Virus record (IMG/VR): IMGVR_UViG_3300035670_000933
Span: 1 to 30,737 of that record
Strand: one strand, 5' to 3'
Length of the DNA stretch: 30,737 bases
Origin: a virus
Lineage: Duplodnaviria; Caudoviricetes
Both the position numbers and the translations under genes were made by a program. Below, piece by piece: positions 26,084 to 30,737 of this stretch. Below the pieces are notes generated by a model that saw only the letters and a list, made by a program, of their open reading frames with translations, was not told the DNA's origin and searched no databases. How positions within the stretch are numbered: position 1 is the first letter of the stretch; each line of letters begins with the position of its first letter.

Positions 26084-26640
26084 TAATACTTTCCTGTACC
26101 TCCGCAACGGTTACACGTCCAGCCCGTGAAATTCCATTTATCTGAACCGCCAGCGCCTCCGCAACGAGGACATTTATCCTCGTCCTTCCACGTCTGGAGA
26201 GATTCGCGGCGAAGGCGAGCGTCGGTACGACGAGTCAGTTCGTTACGGACGTCCGTAATCTGCTCCCACGTCATTTCGTTAAGAGCGATATCGGCTCCGA
26301 CAACTTTCCGAATTACTGCTTCGAGCGAACGAACGCGAGCCTCTTCCGCCGCCGCGACGAGTCCGCCGTTTACGAGGTCGAGACGAACCTTCTCGCGAAC
26401 GGTAGCGAGTTCCTCCGCCTCGTGCTTCTTCTCTTCCGCGAAAACGGCGGTGGCACTTTCGAATGAGAATCCGAAACGCTTATTAAATTCGTTAAGACAG
26501 TAGAAGGTACGTCCGCTCGCGTCGTTCATCTGCTTCCATACAGGTTCGGAGCAGAATACGTAGCCGCCGTCGTAGAAGCCTTCGCCTGCCTCGACGCTGA
26601 CGGAGCATACGGAGCACGTTCCGCGATATCGGTTATTCAT
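26083..26640 (-). CDS. Hypothetical protein with N-terminal Cys cluster and C-terminal DnaJ-like CxxCxGxG finger
   Basis: NRYRGTCSVC...GEG; CPRCGGAG...CNRCGGTG; GGAGG RBS. Confidence 0.8.
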   Translation of the reverse strand: MNNRYRGTCSVCSVSVEAGEGFYDGGYVFCSEPVWKQMNDASGRTFYCLNEFNKRFGFSFESATAVFAEEKKHEAEELATVREKVRLDLVNGGLVAAAEEARVRSLEAVIRKVVGADIALNEMTWEQITDVRNELTRRTDARLRRESLQTWKDEDKCPRCGGAGGSDKWNFTGWTCNRCGGTGKY

Positions 26641-26669
26641 AGGTTCCTCCTCGTTAATTCGTTAAGACG

Positions 26670-26699
26670 AGTCTACGGTGGCTCCCGTAGGCGAGTCCA
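26670..26699 (-). promoter_or_regulatory. Putative SigA-type promoter
   Basis: TGGACT-N18-TAGACT in an intergenic gap about 30 nt upstream of ATG 26640. Confidence 0.55.
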
Positions 26700-26729
26700 G
26701 AACCTCTTTTCACCCGTAAATAGCCTGTT

Positions 26730-27197
26730 TTAGTCGTATACGGGATTCGTAAGTAGGTCGAAAACGTCCGCCGCCTCTAGAAGCCAGCCGCGAGAAGGAT
26801 TATCGGAGTGAGCCGCGAAAATCTTCTTCGTCGTCGCATTAAAGCGCTCCGAATTCTTTCGGAGATATCTCTTTAGACGTCCTACTTCGATAGCGACGAA
26901 CGCGCCTGATTCTCCTTCGAGCGCATAAACGTAAATCCACCATTTAGCCGTCGTGACGTTAATTCCAGAAGGCTTCCAGACGGATTCGTTTAAATCGAGT
27001 TCCTGAAGTGCTCGCATAGGCGCTTGGTGCGTCTCGATTACCATACGTCCGTTGCGGTATCTATCCGTTTTAACTTCGAACGCGCCGCAAGAGAGCGCTC
27101 GAAGGAAAGCAGTAACGAACGCTTCGCCTTCTTCGCCGTCTTTTAGGTCACGGACGAAATTAAAGCGCTCTAAATCGAACGACGGCTGATAAGCCAC
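26730..27197 (-). CDS. Putative PD-(D/E)xK nuclease-fold protein
   Basis: DL..GEEGE...FEVKTD...IE...PSGI.VT.AKWW pattern. Confidence 0.65.
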   Translation of the reverse strand: MAYQPSFDLERFNFVRDLKDGEEGEAFVTAFLRALSCGAFEVKTDRYRNGRMVIETHQAPMRALQELDLNESVWKPSGINVTTAKWWIYVYALEGESGAFVAIEVGRLKRYLRKNSERFNATTKKIFAAHSDNPSRGWLLEAADVFDLLTNPVYD

Positions 27198-27358
27198 TAT
27201 TCCTGCTCTACTTTTTCCATTTCGAAAACGCGGTTCGTATGTCGCTCAGGATTTGAGCACGTAGGAGGCGTAGAGACGCGAACGTAAAGCGTAAGAGCGC
27301 GATTACAAGACGGACATACGAAGACTTCTCGAAACGCCGCTTTACGTTCATTATTCAT
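27197..27358 (-). CDS. Small C3H zinc-finger peptide
   Basis: ATG at 27358 (ATGA overlap); CPSC-x15-CSNPERH. Confidence 0.7.
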   Translation of the reverse strand: MNNERKAAFREVFVCPSCNRALTLYVRVSTPPTCSNPERHTNRVFEMEKVEQE

Positions 27359-27570
27359 ACCCTTCGACAGTAGACGGGTGGCGACCACGTTCGCTCGACT
27401 AGCGGACGCGTCGCGATAGCCATAGTTCCGTCATTCGCAAGCCATACCAGAAGTTCTACGTAACTATCTCCTACGTCGGAATCAGGTAGGCGGCACTTCC
27501 AGCGACAGTAACCGTCGCTATCCGCGAGAAGCGTCGTAAAAAGCGGTTCGGGAACTTCGGCGTCAGTCAT
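27355..27570 (-). CDS. Hypothetical protein
   Basis: 71-aa ORF coupled to both neighbours. Confidence 0.65.
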   Translation of the reverse strand: MTDAEVPEPLFTTLLADSDGYCRWKCRLPDSDVGDSYVELLVWLANDGTMAIATRPLVERTWSPPVYCRRV

Positions 27571-27649
27571 CTTTTTTCCGAAAGAGAAGACGCGGCAGTA
27601 ACGCGACGAGCACTCCGCAGAGGAAGTAAATCGTTACGAAGAGTTTCAT
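27563..27649 (-). CDS. 28-aa single-TM peptide (not in ORF track)
   Basis: MKLFVTIYFLCGVLVALLPRLLFRKKDD; TAATG coupling; fills the gap. Confidence 0.55.
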   Translation of the reverse strand: MKLFVTIYFLCGVLVALLPRLLFRKKDD

Positions 27650-27864
27650 TAGAGTTCGACACCCTGCTGAAGGTGAATACGAAGCCTGTCTACCGTTGCG
27701 AGAGCGTCGCGGAGCGCCTGCCTCGTTTTCGCTAACTCTTCCTTTACCTCTTCGAGGAAACGTCGCGCTTCGTCGCGCTCCTCGCGAAGAGTTTCGTTCG
27801 CCGTCGATAGGTCAGAGACGCGGCTCTGTTCCATAATTAGTTCGGCTCTTAGGTTGTCGGTCAT
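27649..27864 (-). CDS. Coiled-coil hypothetical protein
   Basis: Heptad pattern, ERDEARR; AAGGAG RBS. Confidence 0.75.
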   Translation of the reverse strand: MTDNLRAELIMEQSRVSDLSTANETLREERDEARRFLEEVKEELAKTRQALRDALATVDRLRIHLQQGVEL

Positions 27865-27995
27865 TTCTTCTCCTTCTTTCGTTTAGATATTTCTTCTCTT
27901 AACTCTTTAATAATCAGGTCTAGTTCGTCTTCTAAGTCGCGTCGGACGACGTAGTGAAGTAGTTCGACTATTCGGATAAGCGTCGAAGTTTTCAT
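27861..27995 (-). CDS. 44-aa hypothetical protein (not in ORF track)
   Basis: MKTSTLIRIVELLHYVVRRDLEDELDLIIKELREEISKRKKEKK; AAAGGA RBS; ATGA overlap. Confidence 0.65.
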   Translation of the reverse strand: MKTSTLIRIVELLHYVVRRDLEDELDLIIKELREEISKRKKEKK

Positions 27996-28010
27996 TAGTT
28001 CCTTTCTCGT

Positions 28011-28073
28011 TCCCGTACCGCGAATCGAACGCGGCTCTGCGAAGGGGAAGCACAGAGACTACCTGTTACGGGA
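28011..28073 (-). ncRNA. tRNA-like element lacking a D-stem
   Basis: 7-bp stem UCCCGUA/UACGGGA; linker ACAGGUAGU; 7-bp hairpin with loop CUUCCCCUU; T-arm CCGCG-UUCGAUU-CGCGG. Confidence 0.65.
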
Positions 28074-28081
28074 TTTCTCGC

Positions 28082-29083
28082 CTAGCGGAAATTGGCGAGA
28101 ACTTTAAGCGCTTCGATATCTGCCGCGCCTGTTTTACCTGTTAGAGCGTCAAGGTAGTTACGCTCCGCGAGTACGGTTCCTCCGCGAGTAGGACGGAAGT
28201 GGTGACGGTAGGTGTTTACCGCTTGGAGCACTCCGTACGCCGTTCCCTTCCAAGGTGTTACGCGCTCGTCGTTCGTCCAGAGGTTGCGGAGAATCGAACG
28301 AGTGTTTTCGGCTCGCGTAATCGCCTGTAGAGCGTCTTTCTCAGGAGTAGGAACGTACTTCGCTACGAATTTCTCGTACTGCTTATCCGTTACTTTCTGC
28401 GAAAGGAGCGCTTCGAGTTCACGCTGAAAGTCGTCCGCCATAGTGTGAACGACGTTAAGAGCGGTTCTCGCGTCCTGTAGACGGAGCGACGAGTTAGCCG
28501 TATGTCGAACGGTATACGCCTCGCCGTCTTCTCGAAGTGCCGCGTCTCGCGTGTTATCGCAGACGACGATAGTTACCGTCCGCTTATACGTCGTCGCAAT
28601 ACTTCCGTTAAACGAGGTCGTCGCGAGAAGGTTAGGACGGAACTCTACGCCGCCTGCTCCTTTCACGTTCTCTGGCATTTCGACCTGAACGAAGGCGATA
28701 GCGCCGCCTTTCAGGACGCCTGCGGAGCCAATAGAAAGGTCGTCGTCGAGAATATTCGAGACAGCACCTAGAAGAACGTCGTCGTACTGGTGCGGCGCGT
28801 ATCGGCTCGACGGAACTCCTAACACTTCGTAGGAGTCGTCGCGGATAATCGCCTTACGGTTCGGAACTTCGACGTATCCGTTCGGAGACTTTACGTACAT
28901 TGTCTCCTCTACTGCTTTCCACGAGAAGAGGCGTCGTCGGACGTCTTCGAGCGGAATCGCGCCGTCGTAGTGATTCGGTTCTTCGCTCTGGAGGTCAGCG
29001 CGATAGTGCCAAGCGTTACCGCGCTTCTCCGTAAAGCCGATAAGCATATTTTTATTCAGGTAGTCGAGAGTTTCGCGACTCAT
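28082..29083 (-). CDS. DUF932 family phage/plasmid protein
   Basis: AWH, AIIRDD...LGV.S..Y..HQ, SAGVLKGG, LLATTSFNGS, VVCDNT, RHT, GTAYGVLQAV. Confidence 0.88.
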   Translation of the reverse strand: MSRETLDYLNKNMLIGFTEKRGNAWHYRADLQSEEPNHYDGAIPLEDVRRRLFSWKAVEETMYVKSPNGYVEVPNRKAIIRDDSYEVLGVPSSRYAPHQYDDVLLGAVSNILDDDLSIGSAGVLKGGAIAFVQVEMPENVKGAGGVEFRPNLLATTSFNGSIATTYKRTVTIVVCDNTRDAALREDGEAYTVRHTANSSLRLQDARTALNVVHTMADDFQRELEALLSQKVTDKQYEKFVAKYVPTPEKDALQAITRAENTRSILRNLWTNDERVTPWKGTAYGVLQAVNTYRHHFRPTRGGTVLAERNYLDALTGKTGAADIEALKVLANFR

Positions 29084-29289
29084 TAGTTTCTCCTTCTGTC
29101 GGTTTTAATTAGGTTGTAGGTGAGAGCGCCTGTAATCGAAATAAAGAATACAAATCCTTCAGGCGAGGGAATCGGCTCCGTTCCTTCTGCTTCTAAGCCG
29201 CCAGCGCAAGCCAGCGCCGCTAAGAAGGCGATAACGGTTACGACGAGTTTCGTCCTCGTCCACCGTTGCCAGTTCGTTACGTGAATCAC
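29083..29289 (-). CDS. Small two-TM membrane protein
   Basis: Two hydrophobic segments; coupled to neighbours. Confidence 0.7.
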   Translation of the reverse strand: MIHVTNWQRWTRTKLVVTVIAFLAALACAGGLEAEGTEPIPSPEGFVFFISITGALTYNLIKTDRRRN

Positions 29290-29501
29290 GGAAGAACTAC
29301 CTCCTTCTCCTCGTAGGAGAGAAGAACGGCTTCGGCGTCGAGTGTGACGTAATCGAGTGGCGTAGCCATTGGGAAGTGCTTATGTTCCTCGCAAGGGTCG
29401 CCGTAATCGGGAACGACGAAACGAACCGTAAGTTCGTAAATTCTCATTACGCGTACGTTCGGCTCTTCTTCGTCGAGCGGTTTAATAAACGGTTTATTCA
29501 T
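29286..29501 (-). CDS. Hypothetical protein
   Basis: 71 aa; GAAGGAG RBS. Confidence 0.7.
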   Translation of the reverse strand: MNKPFIKPLDEEEPNVRVMRIYELTVRFVVPDYGDPCEEHKHFPMATPLDYVTLDAEAVLLSYEEKEVVLP

Positions 29502-29610
29502 TTAATTCTCCTTCTCTAGGTACTTATAGGTTTACGATATTTCGAGGGTGTAGTGGGGTATTTCCTGCTCCTTTCGTTAGTCGTTTCTTTTAGAACTTCT
29601 CTAGGAGGCT

Positions 29611-29664
29611 CTAAGAGCGCCGTAGGCAGGGGAAAGCCTTCTACGGCTCCTACGGCGCTCCTAG
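29611..29664 (-). terminator. Strong intergenic stem-loop (terminator or structured RNA)
   Basis: 16-bp stem CUAGGAGCGCCGUAGG/CCUACGGCGCUCUUAG with one G-U pair on the minus strand; no U-tract. Confidence 0.5.
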
Positions 29665-29691
29665 CGGCTCTAGGACGCTTCTCCGCGCCTC

Positions 29692-29922
29692 CTACGCCTT
29701 CCTAGCCCACGCGATAACGGCGGCTTTCTCCTCGTCTGTCGCGTTACGAAACGCCACCTTCGCTACTTCGCGCTTACGACGAATCTCGTAGAGATAACGC
29801 AAGCCTTCGCGAGCCGCTTCGATATCGCCGTTCGTCTCGTCGTCGTCTTCCGCCTCCCACTCGTCTATGCCTCTTCCAGCCGCCTCAATAAGCGCCTCTA
29901 GGCGTCGAGCCGAAAGCCTCAT
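29692..29922 (-). CDS. Hypothetical protein
   Basis: ATG at 29922 (ATGA overlap, GAGGAGG RBS): MRLSARRLEAL... Confidence 0.7.
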   Translation of the reverse strand: MRLSARRLEALIEAAGRGIDEWEAEDDDETNGDIEAAREGLRYLYEIRRKREVAKVAFRNATDEEKAAVIAWARKA

Positions 29923-30245
29923 TTCGTAACCTCCTCGTCCTGAAACATAAGGTCGAAAAGCGCCGTTACGGAGTGCTGAGTTCCGAACTCTTCCCTCGCG
30001 TCGTTCAGCATTTCGTAGTGGTGCCAGAACTCCTCGCGGATTTCGAGCCACGACATTTCGGACGAGTCGTAAAGTCCTCCGCAGAGTTCGATAAGTTCCC
30101 AGACTTCTTTTCCTTCTTCGTCGGTAATCCCTTCGAACTCCGAACCGTCGTACGGCTCGCGGAGCACTATCGCGACGGAATCCTTCAGGCGGACTCCTTG
30201 CGTCTTAACTCTAAGACGCGCTTCGTAATCGGTTTCGTACAGCAT
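29919..30245 (-). CDS. Acidic hypothetical protein
   Basis: ATG at 30245 (TAATG coupling, GGAGG RBS). Confidence 0.7.
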   Translation of the reverse strand: MLYETDYEARLRVKTQGVRLKDSVAIVLREPYDGSEFEGITDEEGKEVWELIELCGGLYDSSEMSWLEIREEFWHHYEMLNDAREEFGTQHSVTALFDLMFQDEEVTK

Positions 30246-30737
30246 TAGGCGCTCACCTCCTGCCATACTGCTTCGCGGACGATAAGAGTAAGCGCTTCGA
30301 TTACGTCGAGCGGCAAGTTACGAAGCGGCGAACCTTCGTGAAAATACGAAGGCTTACCTGTAACTTCTGTGGCGAACGTATTAAGCGCGGACGTAAGAGA
30401 GTTAAGAGCAGGCTTAACGACGTTCGTATAGTGCTCCTCCTCGCGACGCTTCTCGTAGACGCGAGCGAGGCGAGCGCTTTCCTCTTTACGAAGACGTTCG
30501 GTGACTTCGTGCTTCGCCTGCTCGTAAGGAGCGCGGATAAGGCGAGCGGCTACGACGCGGAAGTAGCGCTGAACATTTCCGTTGTAATCGCGGTCTTCGT
30601 AACTGACGAGGATTCCCTGACCGCTAGACGTCTTACGGAAGTTTTCGAGGTCAGCAGAATAAGTCACGTAGTAGCCGTTCCTAAACCGTCCTTCGTACGA
30701 GTGCTCGACGTCTTCGACGCGAACCTTTGCGCGAGTG
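30245..30737 (-). CDS. Hypothetical protein, probably 5'-truncated by the window edge
   Basis: The frame stays open upstream of GTG 30667 to the window end (TRAKVRVEDVEHSYEGRFRNGYYVTY...). Confidence 0.65.
   Translation of the reverse strand, partial: TRAKVRVEDVEHSYEGRFRNGYYVTYSADLENFRKTSSGQGILVSYEDRDYNGNVQRYFRVVAARLIRAPYEQAKHEVTERLRKEESARLARVYEKRREEEHYTNVVKPALNSLTSALNTFATEVTGKPSYFHEGSPLRNLPLDVIEALTLIVREAVWQEVSA

Noticed and set aside
26009-26107. N-terminal extension of the 25859..26107 ORF
   Set aside because: It runs through the ribozyme and the upstream gene; the strong RBS supports ATG 26008.
28011-28073. Canonical tRNA gene
   Set aside because: No D-stem, a 9-nt rather than 7-nt anticodon loop, no variable region and no CCA; kept as tRNA-like only.

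Overview
A 30.7 kb segment, probably most of the genome, of an HK97-fold siphovirus-type phage. The WhiB gene points to an actinobacterial host. All credible genes are on the minus strand. In transcription order (right to left): small early genes including DUF932; a promoter and a Zn-finger gene; a 49-aa ORF bracketed by two type II hammerhead ribozymes; a DNA-modification cluster (ParB-like, C5-cytosine MTase, CmoA-like); HNH, terminase, portal, protease, capsid; tail genes with a -1 frameshifted chaperone and a tape measure protein; a Thr-rich surface protein; lysis genes; a metallophosphoesterase; an A-tract control region; and a recombination/replication module (SprT-like, YqaJ exonuclease, SSAP, WhiB, resolvase-like, HTH initiator with iterons). 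No integrase, canonical tRNA or CRISPR array was seen. The most notable items are: (1) two hammerheads exactly 230 nt apart that would excise, and could circularise, a mini-mRNA carrying one complete gene; (2) a C5-MTase with an Asn->Arg change in motif X next to a CmoA-like gene, suggesting DNA carboxymethylcytosine; (3) a 63-nt tRNA-like element lacking a D-stem. All calls come from reading motifs by eye; no searches were run.
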